Below, piece by piece: positions 43,127 through 53,890 of a stretch of 64,000 bases of DNA. The notes beneath the pieces were generated by a model, which saw only the letters and a list, made by a program, of their open reading frames with translations, was not told the origin of the DNA and did not search any database. Position numbers and translations under genes: made by a program. Numbering within the stretch: the first letter of the stretch is position 1; the number at the start of each line of letters is the position of its first letter. This DNA is from Betaproteobacteria bacterium (GTDB lineage: Bacteria; Pseudomonadota; Gammaproteobacteria; Burkholderiales; Casimicrobiaceae): assembly GCA_005881895.1 (NCBI GenBank), contig VBCG01000050.1, positions 31,958-95,957 on the forward strand, written 5' to 3'.

Positions 43127-43992
43127 ACGCGCTCGACGGCGTATGGCGGCGGCACGATCCCGCGATCGCGCCGATTCCGCTGGTGTTCGACTCTCCGCAC
43201 TCCGGCGAGATCTATCCGAACGATTTCGACCATCGGCCGCCACGCGATCTCGTACGTCAAGCGGAGGACGCGCACGTCGGCAAGCTGTGGGCGCATGCCG
43301 CCGGCGTCGGCGCGACGCTCGTCGAGGCGTTGTTCCCGCGTTCCTACATCGATCCGAATCGGAGTCTCGCCGATGTCGATCCTGATCTCCTTGCCGACGC
43401 GTGGGATGAGCCCCTGGTTCTGACGCGCAAGACGAGCCAGGGAATCGGTCTCGTGTGGCGCGTCGTGTCGGGTGGCGCGCCGCTCTATGCACGCAAGCTT
43501 TCGGCGGCCGAGGTTCGCGCGCGCATCGAACGGTACTACGCGCCTTATCATGCCGAGCTCGCGACGGTGCTCAATGCGCGACATCAGGCGTTTGGCGTCG
43601 TGTGGCACGTGAATTGCCATTCGATGCCGGCGGTCGGCGATGTGAACGCGGACGATCCGGGTCGCGAGCGCTGCGATTTCGTCATCGGCGATCGCGATGG
43701 CACCACGTGCGAGCACGCGTTCACCCGTTTCGTCGCCGACGGCGTTGCCGCACTGGGTTACTCGGTCTCGATCAACGATCCATACAAAGGCGTCGAGCTC
43801 GTCCGTCGGCACGGCCGCCCGCATGAGGGACGCCACAGTGTGCAAGTCGAAATCAAACGTACGTTGTACATGAACGAAGGGACTCTCCAGCCGCACGCCG
43901 GTTACGCGAAGCTCGAAGCCGATCTGCGCACGCTTGCAGCATCGCTTGCCGATTACGTGCGTGGCCGCCTGGCCGGTGGTCTGGCCGCTTGA
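43123..43992 (+). CDS. N-formylglutamate amidohydrolase (FGase) family protein
   Basis: ATG at 43123 overlaps the upstream stop as ATGA. Contains FDSPHSGEIYP...YIDPNR...HVNCHSM...RDG, FGase-family zinc hydrolase motifs. Confidence 0.8.
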   Translation: MNALDGVWRRHDPAIAPIPLVFDSPHSGEIYPNDFDHRPPRDLVRQAEDAHVGKLWAHAAGVGATLVEALFPRSYIDPNRSLADVDPDLLADAWDEPLVLTRKTSQGIGLVWRVVSGGAPLYARKLSAAEVRARIERYYAPYHAELATVLNARHQAFGVVWHVNCHSMPAVGDVNADDPGRERCDFVIGDRDGTTCEHAFTRFVADGVAALGYSVSINDPYKGVELVRRHGRPHEGRHSVQVEIKRTLYMNEGTLQPHAGYAKLEADLRTLAASLADYVRGRLAGGLAA

Positions 43993-44093
43993 CCAGTTGA
44001 CGCCGCGCTGCTAACGTCGCGCCGGTCGCCGCCGGACGTGGCTCGTATCAACGTCGCGCCGAGTGTGGCGCATCTACTCGCAAGGAGGAATCC

Positions 44094-45056
44094 ATGAAGC
44101 GCTGGTTGCGCGCGGTTGCCGCGCTCGCCGTTGCATTGGCTGTTGGATCCGCGGTCGCGGCCTATCCCGAGCGCCCGATCACGTTGATCGTGCCATGGGG
44201 CGCGGGCGGAGGAACCGACGCTGTTGCGCGATTCTTCGGCGCGTACCTCGAAAAGGACTTGGGTCAGCCCGTCAATGTCGTCAATCGCACGGGCGGCAAT
44301 GGCGTTGTCGGACATAGCGCGATCGCGCAGGCACCGCCGGACGGTTACACGCTCGGCATGATCACCGTTGAAATCACGATGATGCATTGGCAAGGCTTGA
44401 CCGAGCTCGGCCCGGCTTCGTACACGCCGCTTGCGCTGGTGAATGCCGACCCCGCGGGATTTCAGGTTCGCGCCGACTCGTCGTACAAGACGGTCAAGGA
44501 TGTGCTCGATGCCGTGCGGGCGAACCCCGGCAAGCTGAAAGCATCCGGCACGGGGCAAGGCGGCATTTGGCAACTCGCGCTAGCGGGTTTGCTGAGCGAT
44601 CTGAAGATCGATCCGAAGGCAGTGCCGTGGGTGCCGTCGAACGGTGCCGCACCCGGATTGCAGGATCTCGTCGCGGGCGGCGTCGATATCGTGCCGTGCT
44701 CGATTCCCGAAGCGCGCGGATTGATCGACGCCGGCAAGGTTCGCTCACTCGCGATCTTCGACGACAAGGCGCCCGCGTTGTATCCAAACTTGCCGACGAT
44801 CAAGCAGGCAACGGGAAGCAACTGGACAACCGCTGCATGGCGCGGTCTCGCGACATCGAAGGGATTGCCGAAAGACATCGAGACGCGTCTTGTTGCGGCG
44901 ATCAAAAAAGCCTACGACAGCAAGGAATATCACGACTTCCTCACGCAGCGCGGCTTCGGCGCGACTTGGGCAGCGGAGGACGCTTTCGCGAAGTACATGG
45001 CGAAGGGTGACGCCGACATGGGAACGGTGATGAAGTCGCTCGGCATGGCCAAATGA
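44094..45056 (+). CDS. tctC: tripartite tricarboxylate transporter substrate-binding protein (Bug/TctC family)
   Basis: 320 aa with a signal peptide followed by YPERPITLIVPWGAGGGTDAVAR, the Bug-family signature. Confidence 0.88.
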   Translation: MKRWLRAVAALAVALAVGSAVAAYPERPITLIVPWGAGGGTDAVARFFGAYLEKDLGQPVNVVNRTGGNGVVGHSAIAQAPPDGYTLGMITVEITMMHWQGLTELGPASYTPLALVNADPAGFQVRADSSYKTVKDVLDAVRANPGKLKASGTGQGGIWQLALAGLLSDLKIDPKAVPWVPSNGAAPGLQDLVAGGVDIVPCSIPEARGLIDAGKVRSLAIFDDKAPALYPNLPTIKQATGSNWTTAAWRGLATSKGLPKDIETRLVAAIKKAYDSKEYHDFLTQRGFGATWAAEDAFAKYMAKGDADMGTVMKSLGMAK

Positions 45057-45097
45057 CGTTTTTCCGTCGCTTCGCGACGTAATAACTCGACGCGTTG

Positions 45098-45120
45098 AAC
45101 CGGCGTCGGCGCCGCCGGTT
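45098..45120 (+). other. intercistronic hairpin between tctC and tctB
   Basis: AACCGGCG (45098-45105) pairs with CGCCGGTT (45113-45120) across a 7-nt loop. No T-run follows. Confidence 0.3.
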
Positions 45121-45159
45121 AACGCGCAGTACTGAGGCCCAGTCGCACGGTTAGGTGGA

Positions 45160-45633
45160 ATGAAATTTAACGACGCGATCTTCGGCGCAGTCCTGCTGAT
45201 CCTCGGTATCGCGGTGCTCGTGCACGTTCCGTCGTTTCCGCAGATGGCCGGGCAGAAAGTGGGACCGGCGTTGTTTCCCGGTCTTATCGCCGCCGGTCTC
45301 GTCGTTTGCGCGCTGATTCTCATCGTGAACGGCGTGAAGCACCGCGCGACAGCGCCGTGGATCAACACCGGCGAGTGGACACGATCGCGCCGTCACATCG
45401 GCGCATTCTTCGTCACGATTGCCGCCGTCATCGCCTATATCGTGCTCGCCGATAAACTTGGCTTTCTGATCATCGGGCCGTTGGTCCTGCTGGCACTATT
45501 CATCGCGTATGGCGTTCGTCTGATCACGGCAATCGTCGTCGCGATCGTCGTCGCGTTCGTCATACATTACGCGTTTTACAAGCTGCTCCGCGTGCCTCTT
45601 CCTTGGGGCGTGTTGACGCCATTCGCATTTTGA
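45160..45633 (+). CDS. tctB: tripartite tricarboxylate transporter small membrane subunit TctB
   Basis: 157 aa with 4 TM segments, lying between the tctC and tctA homologues. Confidence 0.8.
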   Translation: MKFNDAIFGAVLLILGIAVLVHVPSFPQMAGQKVGPALFPGLIAAGLVVCALILIVNGVKHRATAPWINTGEWTRSRRHIGAFFVTIAAVIAYIVLADKLGFLIIGPLVLLALFIAYGVRLITAIVVAIVVAFVIHYAFYKLLRVPLPWGVLTPFAF

Positions 45634-45659
45634 TGCCGACGCTGCCGGGCGCCTGATCG

Positions 45660-47147
45660 GTGGACGCGCTATTCACCGCGTTCCAACTGGTTTTCGATCC
45701 GAAGACCATGCTGGTGATGCTCGCGTCTTCGGCGTTCGGATTGTTCGTCGGTGCCGTGCCCGGTCTGACGGCGACAATGGCGACGGCGTTGCTCGTGCCG
45801 GTCACGTTTTTTATGCCGCCGATCATGGCGATCGCGGCGATCGTCACGGCGACCGCGATGGCGATTTTTTCCGGCGATATCCCCGGATGCCTGCTGCGAA
45901 TGCCCGGAACACCCGCGTCCGCCGCTTACTGCGACGAAGCGTACGCGATGACGCGCAAGGGTCATGCCGAGACGGCGTTGGGCGCGGGTCTCGTTTTCTC
46001 CGCTATCGGCGGCCTGTTCGGCACTGCCGTGTTGATCGTGTCGGCACCCGCGCTCGCCGACTTTGCGCTCAAGTTCAGCTCGTTCGAATATTTCTGGCTC
46101 GTGCTGCTCGGTCTTTCTTGCGCAATCGTCATTACGGCCGAGCAACCGCTGAAAGGCCTGGTATCGCTCTTCCTCGGACTCTCGATCGCCTGCGTCGGCC
46201 TGGGTAATCCGGCGGGGTTCCCGCGTTTCACGTTTGGCAACATCGAGCTCTTGGGGGGCATTGGCCTCATCCCGCTGATGATCGGCATGTTCGCGATCTC
46301 GGAAATCCTGCGTTTTGCCGTCGATTTAAACCCGCCGCTTAAAGTCGTCGAGCAGCCCCTCGGTAACGTATTCGCCGGGATGTGGGAGCTCACGAAGAAA
46401 TATCCAATGCAGATCCTGCGCGGCAGCGCACTCGGTACGCTGGTGGGCGCGTTGCCGGGCGCAGGCGCGGACATCGCCGCCTGGATGTCCTACGCCGTGA
46501 GCAAGAAAATGTCGAAAGAGCCGGAGAAATTCGGCACCGGTCACGTCGAAGGGATCATCGAATCGGGTTCGGCCAACAACAGCGCGCTCGCCGGCGCGTG
46601 GATCCCGGCGCTCGTGTTCGGGATTCCGGGCGACTCGATCACCGCGATCGTGATCGGCGTTTTGTACATGAAAAACATGAATCCGGGGCCGACGCTGTTT
46701 ACGCAGAACCCGCAAAACATCTACGCGGTGTATCTGCTCTTCATCGTCGCCAACTTGATCATGATTCCGCTCGGCTGGGCGTGCATCAAAGTGAGCAAAC
46801 GGATTCTGCAAGTGCCGCGAAATATCCTGATGCCCGTGATTCTGCTGTTCTGCATCGTCGGGGCATTCGCGATCAATAACACGCCCTTCGATATCGGCGT
46901 GATGTTGGTTGCCGGAATCGCAGGCTACGTGCTTGAGGAAAACGGCTTTCCCGTCGCGCCGGCGATACTGGGTGTCGTCTTGGGCGGCATGCTCGAGGAG
47001 AACTTCATCACGTCGATGATCAAGTCGGATGGCGACCTGCTCGGTTTCTTCGCCCGCCCGCTGGCGGCATCGCTCGGCGGGCTGACGCTCGCCGCCTGGT
47101 TCTTGCCTCCGCTGATCAGGCGCCTGCGCAGGATTGCCGGAATTTGA
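45660..47147 (+). CDS. tctA: tripartite tricarboxylate transporter large permease TctA
   Basis: 495 aa (GTG start). Contains GLFVGAVPGLTATMATALLVP and GALPGAGADIAAW, the TctA signatures. Confidence 0.9.
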   Translation: MDALFTAFQLVFDPKTMLVMLASSAFGLFVGAVPGLTATMATALLVPVTFFMPPIMAIAAIVTATAMAIFSGDIPGCLLRMPGTPASAAYCDEAYAMTRKGHAETALGAGLVFSAIGGLFGTAVLIVSAPALADFALKFSSFEYFWLVLLGLSCAIVITAEQPLKGLVSLFLGLSIACVGLGNPAGFPRFTFGNIELLGGIGLIPLMIGMFAISEILRFAVDLNPPLKVVEQPLGNVFAGMWELTKKYPMQILRGSALGTLVGALPGAGADIAAWMSYAVSKKMSKEPEKFGTGHVEGIIESGSANNSALAGAWIPALVFGIPGDSITAIVIGVLYMKNMNPGPTLFTQNPQNIYAVYLLFIVANLIMIPLGWACIKVSKRILQVPRNILMPVILLFCIVGAFAINNTPFDIGVMLVAGIAGYVLEENGFPVAPAILGVVLGGMLEENFITSMIKSDGDLLGFFARPLAASLGGLTLAAWFLPPLIRRLRRIAGI

Positions 47148-47255
47148 CGTGCGTTTCGACGCAAGGCCGGCTGTGGCACGCACATTTGAAACGGGCAAAA
47201 AAACTGCGCAAGCAGAAAACGCCCGCGCAGTTGTCGCGAAAAAGTCGACCGTTAC

Positions 47256-47678
47256 TCAATAGCGCCGCTGTTCGTCGTGCCGCTGGTCCCGAACGTTATC
47301 GGCGAGCCGATCGAGATCTCGGTTCAGCTCCGCGGCCTCACGGCCGTCGATCCTGCCATCAGAGCGAAACGCACGTTCCTTGTTTTCGACGTAGCCAAGC
47401 TCGCGATACAACCGGCGTGCTTCCCAATCCGTCAGCGAACCATCCTGGATGCCGCGCTGGATGCGATTCTTGATACGCGCCTCACGTTCGTTGATGCTCG
47501 CGGAGCGCTCATCCGAGCGATCGTTGCGATACTGGTCCGAGCGGTCGTAGCCATACCCATACTGTACCGCTATGAAATTCCCGGAATGGTTATCGCCTAC
47601 GGAATGAACCGAGCCTGCGACGGCGGCGCCGGATGCTAATAAGCCCGCCGTGATAATCGCAATCAAAGTTCTATTCAT
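47256..47678 (-). CDS. secreted hypothetical protein, highly charged (R/D/E rich)
   Basis: 140 aa with signal peptide MNRTLIAIITAGLLASGAAVAG. I do not recognise a family. Confidence 0.6.
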   Translation of the reverse strand: MNRTLIAIITAGLLASGAAVAGSVHSVGDNHSGNFIAVQYGYGYDRSDQYRNDRSDERSASINEREARIKNRIQRGIQDGSLTDWEARRLYRELGYVENKERAFRSDGRIDGREAAELNRDLDRLADNVRDQRHDEQRRY

Positions 47679-47844
47679 CGCAATACTCCTTGTCGTCTAG
47701 CGGCGACGGCACGGGCCGCCCCTACCTCTGAAACGTTCCGGAAAAGGACGGTGTTGACGCCGTCGCGTCTAGGTTTGTAACCGGTATTTTCAACAGGTTC
47801 CGTCCCCGTGAGCAGCGAGTGGAGTTGCACTGTCGGACCTCGCG

Positions 47845-47874
47845 TTGACCCGCTATGACGCACCGCGGTAAAAT
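47845..47874 (+). promoter_or_regulatory. candidate sigma-70 promoter upstream of tpiA
   Basis: TTGACC (47845-47850), an 18-nt spacer, then TAAAAT (47869-47874), about 100 nt upstream of the tpiA ATG. Confidence 0.35.
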
Positions 47875-47973
47875 TCATGGGTTTTGTCGGTAGCGCGCAG
47901 TTGTGCTCATTTGTGCTCAGTTTGGTTCCGGCGCGTCATTTTGGCGCACGGGCATCGACGCGGATAATGACGA

Positions 47974-48708
47974 ATGCGCACCAGCCTCGTCGTGGGCAAC
48001 TGGAAAATGAACGGCGGGCTCGCAACGAACGCGCGCCTGCTCGATCGCCTGGTGTCCGAATGGCGGCCGTCGGAAGGCCGTGCGCTCACCGTATGCGCCC
48101 CGTATCCGTATCTCGGACAGGCGCAGGCGGCGCTTGCAAGTTCAGCGATCGCGTGGGGTGCGCAAGACGTGAGCGCGCATGCGGCGGGCGCGTTTACCGG
48201 CGACGTTTCGGCCGGCATGCTGGTCGAGTTCGGCTGTCGTTACGCGATCGTCGGCCATTCGGAACGGCGGCATATTCATCGCGAGAGCGACGTCGAGGTA
48301 GCACAGAAGGCGAAGGCGGCGCTTAGCGCGGGGATCACGCCAATCGCTTGTGTCGGCGAAACGCTCGCCGAGCGCGATGCGGGGAAGACTGAAGCCGTCG
48401 TCATGCGGCAACTTGGCGCCGTCGTTGAAGCGCTCGGCGCCGACCTCGCGAAGATCGTTCTCGCGTATGAGCCGGTCTGGGCGATCGGCACCGGGCGGAC
48501 GGCGACGCCCGCACAGGCCCAGGAGGTGCATGCGACGCTGCGCGCTGAATTGACGAAGGCCAGAGCGCCGAATATTTGCATTTTGTACGGCGGTAGTGTC
48601 AAAGCTGCGAATGCCGCAGCGCTTTTCGCGATGACCGACGTCGATGGTGGATTGGTCGGCGGAGCATCGCTTGACGCGGACGAATTTTTAGCGATTGCGC
48701 GTGCATGA
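47974..48708 (+). CDS. tpiA: triose-phosphate isomerase
   Basis: 244 aa. Contains VVGNWKMNG, AIVGHSERR, AYEPVWAIGTG and ILYGGSV. Confidence 0.95.
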   Translation: MRTSLVVGNWKMNGGLATNARLLDRLVSEWRPSEGRALTVCAPYPYLGQAQAALASSAIAWGAQDVSAHAAGAFTGDVSAGMLVEFGCRYAIVGHSERRHIHRESDVEVAQKAKAALSAGITPIACVGETLAERDAGKTEAVVMRQLGAVVEALGADLAKIVLAYEPVWAIGTGRTATPAQAQEVHATLRAELTKARAPNICILYGGSVKAANAAALFAMTDVDGGLVGGASLDADEFLAIARA

Positions 48709-48733
48709 TGCGCGTTCGACAGAGGATGACACG

Positions 48734-49150
48734 ATGAATTGGCTGGAACCGGTGGTGCTCGTTGCGCACCTTATCATTGCCGCTGCGGTGTGCGGCTTCG
48801 TGCTGATGCAGCACGGCAAAGGCGCCGACATGGGCGCCGCATTCGGCAGCGGGTCGTCCGGTAGCTTGTTCGGCGCAGCGGGATCGGCCAATTTCCTGTC
48901 GCGGACAACGGCAGTCCTCGCCACGATCTTTTTCCTGACGAGCATCGGACTCACCGTTTTCGGGACATTGCACGGCAAGCCGCAGGGTTTGATGGAGCAG
49001 GGCGTCATGGAAAAGACCGTTCCGGCGCCCAAGGCGAGCGACGTTCCGGGGCAACCGGCGACGACGCCGGGCGAGGTACCGGGCGCACCCGCGACGGGGA
49101 CGGCTCCCGCGCCGGGTGGAACATCGAAGCCGGGCGAAGTTCCAAGGTAG
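48734..49150 (+). CDS. secG: preprotein translocase subunit SecG (Pro/Ala/Thr-rich C-terminal tail)
   Basis: ATG at 48734. Contains HGKGADMGAAFGSGSSGSLFGAAGSANFLSRTT, the SecG signature. It sits in the conserved tpiA-secG-tRNA-Leu-nuoA position. Confidence 0.9.
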   Translation: MNWLEPVVLVAHLIIAAAVCGFVLMQHGKGADMGAAFGSGSSGSLFGAAGSANFLSRTTAVLATIFFLTSIGLTVFGTLHGKPQGLMEQGVMEKTVPAPKASDVPGQPATTPGEVPGAPATGTAPAPGGTSKPGEVPR

Positions 49151-49164
49151 CGGGTGCCACACGA

Positions 49165-49249
49165 GCCGACGTGGTGAAATTGGTAGACACGCTGTCTTGA
49201 GGGGGCAGTGGCGTAAGCCGTGGGAGTTCGAGTCTCCCCGTCGGCACCA
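49165..49249 (+). tRNA. tRNA-Leu, anticodon GAG (long variable arm, encoded CCA)
   Basis: Acceptor GCCGACG pairs with CGTCGGC, followed by A-CCA. D arm is GTG-AAATTGGTAGA-CAC. Anticodon stem CTGTC/GGCAG carries the loop TTGAGGG. The T arm is GGGAG-TTCGAGT-CTCCC. Confidence 0.92.
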
Positions 49250-49314
49250 AAAGATTTGAACCGTAGTTCTTGGACAATGAAAGCCGTGGTTCGCGCACGG
49301 TGCGAGCGCTGACA

Positions 49315-49671
49315 GTGCTGGAACAGTACTTTCCCATTCTTCTTTTCATCGGGTTCGGACTCGGCCTCGGGCTCCTGATGGTGGGCGCCGGCTCGTTCGT
49401 GTCGCCGAACCGTCCCGATCCGCAAAAGCTCTCGCCCTACGAGTGCGGCTTCGAGGCGTTCGAGGACGCGCGCATGAAATTCGACGTGCGCTACTACCTG
49501 ATCGCGATCCTGTTCATTCTGTTCGACCTCGAGATCGCGTTTCTTTTTCCGTGGGCTGTCGTGTTGCCGGAGATCGGATTCTTCGGCTTCGCGTCGATGA
49601 TGGTGTTTTTGTTCATTCTCATCATCGGTTTCATCTACGAATGGAAAAAAGGCGCGCTGGAGTGGGAATGA
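49315..49671 (+). CDS. nuoA: NADH-quinone oxidoreductase subunit A
   Basis: GTG at 49315 gives (M)[12 protein letters not shown]...[22 protein letters not shown]. At 118 aa this is the usual NuoA length. Confidence 0.9.
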   Translation: MLEQYFPILLFIGFGLGLGLLMVGAGSFVSPNRPDPQKLSPYECGFEAFEDARMKFDVRYYLIAILFILFDLEIAFLFPWAVVLPEIGFFGFASMMVFLFILIIGFIYEWKKGALEWE

Positions 49672-49700
49672 TCATGTCGACACGTTTCGCGCATTAAGCC

Positions 49701-50177
49701 ATGGCGATCGAAGGCGTACTGGAAAAGGGATTCGTCACGACGACGCTCGACAGCGTCATCAACTGGGCGCGCAACGGCTCGATGTGGCCGATGACCTTCG
49801 GGCTCGCCTGCTGCGCCGTCGAGATGATGCACGCCGGCGCCGCCCGGTACGATCTCGACCGCTTCGGTGTCGTGTTCCGGCCCAGTCCGCGGCAATCGGA
49901 CGTGATGATCGTCGCCGGAACCCTGTGCAACAAGATGGCGCCCGCGCTGCGCAAGGTTTACGACCAGATGGCCGAGCCGCGCTGGGTCATCTCGATGGGC
50001 TCGTGTGCGAACGGCGGCGGCTACTATCACTACTCGTACTCGGTCGTGCGCGGATGCGATCGCATCGTGCCGGTCGATATTTACGTGCCGGGTTGCCCGC
50101 CCACGGCGGAGGCGCTGCTCTACGGCATTGTGCAGCTCCAGAACAAGATCTGGCGCACCAACACGATCGCGCGCTGA
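49701..50177 (+). CDS. nuoB: NADH-quinone oxidoreductase subunit B
   Basis: 158 aa. Contains [10 protein letters not shown]...[10 protein letters not shown]...PGCPP. Confidence 0.95.
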   Translation: MAIEGVLEKGFVTTTLDSVINWARNGSMWPMTFGLACCAVEMMHAGAARYDLDRFGVVFRPSPRQSDVMIVAGTLCNKMAPALRKVYDQMAEPRWVISMGSCANGGGYYHYSYSVVRGCDRIVPVDIYVPGCPPTAEALLYGIVQLQNKIWRTNTIAR

Positions 50178-50776
50178 TGGCAGGCATTGCGGACACGCTC
50201 GGCGCGGCGCTTTCGAGCGCGCTTGGCGACAAGATCAAGAGCACGACGATCGCGCTGCGCGAAGTGACGATTGTCGTCGGCGCCGATCAGATGATCGAAA
50301 CGTTTGTCGCGCTTCGCGATCGTCCCGAGCTTCGCTTCGACATGCTGATCGACGTCTGCGGCGTCGACTATCGCGACTTTGGCGGTGCGATCTGGGAAGG
50401 CCCGCGCTTCGCGGCCGTCTACCATCTACTGTCGCTGCCGCACAATCGCCGGGTCCGCGTTCGGGTGTTTGCGCCGGATAACGACTTTCCGGTGTTGCAA
50501 AGCGTCGTTGCATTGTGGCCGTCGGCGAACTGGTTCGAGCGCGAAACGTTCGATCTCTATGGCATCGTGTTCAGCGGACACCCCGATTTGCGGAGGCTGT
50601 TGACCGATTACGGATTCGTGGGCCATCCCTTCCGCAAGGACTTTCCGCTGTCGGGCCATGTCGAGATGCGCTACGACCCCGAGCAGGCCCGCGTCATCTA
50701 TCAACCGGTGACGATCGAGCCGCGCGAGATCACGCCGCGAATCATCCGCGAGCCGCAATACGGAGAGCGTGAGTAG
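50177..50776 (+). CDS. nuoC: NADH-quinone oxidoreductase subunit C
   Basis: ATG at 50177 overlaps the nuoB stop. Contains [34 protein letters not shown]. Confidence 0.93.
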   Translation: MAGIADTLGAALSSALGDKIKSTTIALREVTIVVGADQMIETFVALRDRPELRFDMLIDVCGVDYRDFGGAIWEGPRFAAVYHLLSLPHNRRVRVRVFAPDNDFPVLQSVVALWPSANWFERETFDLYGIVFSGHPDLRRLLTDYGFVGHPFRKDFPLSGHVEMRYDPEQARVIYQPVTIEPREITPRIIREPQYGERE

Positions 50777-50785
50777 CTGCTGCAC

Positions 50786-52039
50786 ATGGCCGAGATTCGC
50801 AACTACACGATGAACTTTGGGCCGCAGCATCCCGCGGCGCACGGCGTTCTGCGGCTCGTGCTCGAGCTCGACGGCGAAGTCATCGTACGCGCCGATCCGC
50901 ACATCGGCCTCCTGCACCGCGCGACGGAAAAGCTCGCCGAGAACAAGACGTGGATCCAGGCGCTGCCGTACATGGATCGCCTCGACTACGTGTCGATCAT
51001 GCCGAACGAGCACGCCTACTGTCTGGCGGTCGAGCGGCTGCTCGGAATCGACGTGCCGATTCGCGCGCAATACATCCGCGTCATGTTCGATGAGCTGTCG
51101 CGGATCCTCAACCACTTGCTGTGGCTTGGCGCGCACGCGTTGGACGTCGGCGCGATGACGCCGTTCCTCTACTGCTTCCGCGAGCGCGAAGACCTGATGG
51201 ACGTTTATGAGGCCGTATCGGGCGCGCGGCTGCACGCCGCGTATTACCGGCCCGGCGGCGTGTACCGCGATCTCCCGGAGAAGATGCCGCAGTACACGGT
51301 CACGCGCGGGCGCAGCGCCAAGAGGATCAAGGAGATGAACCAGAACCGACAAGGCTCGGTGGTCGACTTCATCGAAGATTTCACGCGGCGTTTCCCGGGC
51401 TATGTCGACGATTACGAAACGCTGCTCACCGACAATCGGATTTGGAAGCAACGCACGGTAGGCATTGGAGCCGTTTCGGGAGAGCGTGCGATTGCGCTGG
51501 GTTTTACCGGCGCGATGCTGCGCGGGTCGGGCGTGCCGTGGGACCTGCGCAAGAAGCAGCCGTACGCGGTTTATGATCGGATGGACTTCGACATTCCGGT
51601 CGGTTTGAACGGCGATTGCTACGACCGTTATCTGGTGCGCATCGAGGAAATGCGCCAATCGAACCGGATCATCAGGCAGTGCATCGAATGGTTGCGCGCC
51701 AATCTCGGGCCCGTCATCACCGCGAACCACAAAGTTGCACCGCCGACCCGCGAAGAGATGAAGGAGAACATGGAGGAGCTGATTCACCACTTCAAGCTCT
51801 TCAGCGAAGGAATCCACGTTCCGGCGGGCGAAGTGTACGCCGCCGTCGAGGCGCCGAAGGGCGAATTCGGCGTCTACGCGATCTCCGATGGCGCGAACAA
51901 GCCTTATCGCCTCAAGTTCCGGCCGCCCGATTTTGCGCACCTGGCGGCACTCGACGAGATGTCGCGTGGTCATATGATCGCCGATGTGGTGGCGATCATC
52001 GCAACGCAGGATATTGTGTTTGGATCGATCGATCGATGA
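50786..52039 (+). CDS. nuoD: NADH-quinone oxidoreductase subunit D
   Basis: 417 aa starting [15 protein letters not shown] and ending with the C-terminal DIVFGSIDR. Confidence 0.96.
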   Translation: MAEIRNYTMNFGPQHPAAHGVLRLVLELDGEVIVRADPHIGLLHRATEKLAENKTWIQALPYMDRLDYVSIMPNEHAYCLAVERLLGIDVPIRAQYIRVMFDELSRILNHLLWLGAHALDVGAMTPFLYCFREREDLMDVYEAVSGARLHAAYYRPGGVYRDLPEKMPQYTVTRGRSAKRIKEMNQNRQGSVVDFIEDFTRRFPGYVDDYETLLTDNRIWKQRTVGIGAVSGERAIALGFTGAMLRGSGVPWDLRKKQPYAVYDRMDFDIPVGLNGDCYDRYLVRIEEMRQSNRIIRQCIEWLRANLGPVITANHKVAPPTREEMKENMEELIHHFKLFSEGIHVPAGEVYAAVEAPKGEFGVYAISDGANKPYRLKFRPPDFAHLAALDEMSRGHMIADVVAIIATQDIVFGSIDR

Positions 52040-52575
52040 ATACGGCCGTTACCCGGAATGAGAGCGGGGTCACGCTGTCTGCCGATGCGCGCGCAAAGAT
52101 CGACCGCGAGATCGCCAAATATCCGCCGGGACAGAAGCGCTCCGCCGTGATGGCGGCGCTTGCCGTCGCGCAGGATGCATTCGGCTGGTTGTCGACGGAA
52201 ACGATGGACGCCGTTGCGAAATACCTCGATATGCCGCCGGTCGCCGTTTACGAAGTCGCGTCGTTTTATACGATGTACAACATCGAGCCGACCGGCCGCT
52301 TCAAGCTGACGATCTGCACCAACTTGCCATGCGCGCTGCAAGGCGCGACGGCCGCCGCCGCGCATCTCAAGCGCAAGCTCGGCATCGATTTCAATGAAAC
52401 GAGCGCCGACGGCCTCTTCACGCTGAAGCAGGGCGAATGCTTTGGCGCCTGCGGCGATGCGCCGGTCGTTCTCGTCAACAACAAGCGGATGGAATGCTGG
52501 ATGCACGCCGACAAGCTCGACGCGCTCCTCGACGAACTCGCGACGGCCGCTGTTACGGCGAAACAAGTCAAATGA
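52036..52575 (+). CDS. nuoE: NADH-quinone oxidoreductase subunit E
   Basis: ATG at 52036 (ATGA overlap). The 2Fe-2S motif is ICTNLPCAL...[10 protein letters not shown]. Confidence 0.93.
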   Translation: MNTAVTRNESGVTLSADARAKIDREIAKYPPGQKRSAVMAALAVAQDAFGWLSTETMDAVAKYLDMPPVAVYEVASFYTMYNIEPTGRFKLTICTNLPCALQGATAAAAHLKRKLGIDFNETSADGLFTLKQGECFGACGDAPVVLVNNKRMECWMHADKLDALLDELATAAVTAKQVK

Positions 52576-53876
52576 ACGCGCCTTCCGAATTCCTTGACTA
52601 CGGCCCGGACGCCATTCTGATGGCCGGCTTGACGGGCCGTAATTGGCGACTCGCCGACTACGTCGAGCGCGGCGGCTACGAGGCGCTCAAAAAGATACTG
52701 AGCGAAAAAATTCCACCTGACCAAGTCGTCGCCGAAGTGAAGAAATCCGCGTTGCGAGGTCGGGGCGGGGCCGGCTTTCCGACCGGCCTCAAGTGGAGCT
52801 TCATGCCGAAGCAGTACCAAGGCGAAAAATACCTGGTCTGCAACTCGGACGAGGGCGAGCCCGGCACGTTCAAGGATCGCGACCTCATGCGCTACAACCC
52901 GCATGCCGTGTTCGAGGGCATGGCGATTGCCGCATACGCGATGGGGTGCGCGCGAGGCTACAACTACGTCCACGGCGAAATCTGGGAGATCTACGAGCGT
53001 TGCGAGGAGGCGCTCGCCGAGGCGTACGAGGCTGGATTCTTTGGCGACAACATTCTCGGGAGCGGTTTCTCGTTTCAGCTTTACAACCATCACGGTTACG
53101 GCGCGTACATCTGCGGTGAAGAGACCGCGATGCTGGAATCGCTCGAAGGCAAAAAGGGATTTCCGCGTTTCAAGCCTCCGTTCCCCGCGAACTACGGTCT
53201 GTACGGCAAACCGACGACGATCAACAACACCGAGACGTTCGCGGCGGTGCCGTGGATCATCCGCAACGGCGGCGAAGCATTTCTCAATCTCGGCTTGCCC
53301 AACAATGGCGGCACGAAGATCTTTTCCGTTTGCGGCGATGTCGAGCGTCCGGGAAATTACGAAGTCCGCCTCGGCACACCGTTCGAACAACTGCTCGCGA
53401 TGGCGGGTGGCGTGCGCGGCGGCCGCAAGCTGAAAGCCGTTGTTCCCGGTGGCTCGTCCGCGCCGGTGCTGCCGGCCGACGTGATGCTCGCCCTTTCGAT
53501 GGACTACGACTCGATTGCCAAGGCGGGCTCGATGCTCGGCTCGGGCGCCGTCATTGTGATGGACGAGACGCGTTGCATGGTGAAGAGCCTGTTGCGTCTA
53601 TCGTATTTCTACTTCGAGGAATCGTGCGGCCAATGCACGCCGTGCCGCGAAGGCACCGGTTGGCTCTGGCGAATGGTGGACCGGATCGAGCACGGCGAGG
53701 GCCGTCAGGAAGACCTCGATGTGCTGACCTCCGTCGCGGATAACATCCAGGGTGGAACGATTTGCGCGCTCGGCGATGCCGCCGCGCTGCCGGTGAAGAG
53801 CTTCATCAAGCATTTTCGGCCGGAGTTCCAGCATCACATCGATCATCAGTCTTGCGTTGTCGCTCCGTACGAATAA
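52572..53876 (+). CDS. nuoF: NADH-quinone oxidoreductase subunit F
   Basis: ATG at 52572 (ATGA overlap). Contains [26 protein letters not shown] and [12 protein letters not shown]. Confidence 0.96.
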   Translation: MNAPSEFLDYGPDAILMAGLTGRNWRLADYVERGGYEALKKILSEKIPPDQVVAEVKKSALRGRGGAGFPTGLKWSFMPKQYQGEKYLVCNSDEGEPGTFKDRDLMRYNPHAVFEGMAIAAYAMGCARGYNYVHGEIWEIYERCEEALAEAYEAGFFGDNILGSGFSFQLYNHHGYGAYICGEETAMLESLEGKKGFPRFKPPFPANYGLYGKPTTINNTETFAAVPWIIRNGGEAFLNLGLPNNGGTKIFSVCGDVERPGNYEVRLGTPFEQLLAMAGGVRGGRKLKAVVPGGSSAPVLPADVMLALSMDYDSIAKAGSMLGSGAVIVMDETRCMVKSLLRLSYFYFEESCGQCTPCREGTGWLWRMVDRIEHGEGRQEDLDVLTSVADNIQGGTICALGDAAALPVKSFIKHFRPEFQHHIDHQSCVVAPYE

Positions 53877-53890
53877 CCGTCAAATCGCGA

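Noticed and set aside
49165-49249. tRNA-Leu as an integration hotspot for a genomic island
   Set aside because: The tRNA is flanked directly by secG and nuoA in the conserved betaproteobacterial order. I saw no integrase, direct repeat of the tRNA 3' end, or foreign-looking genes.
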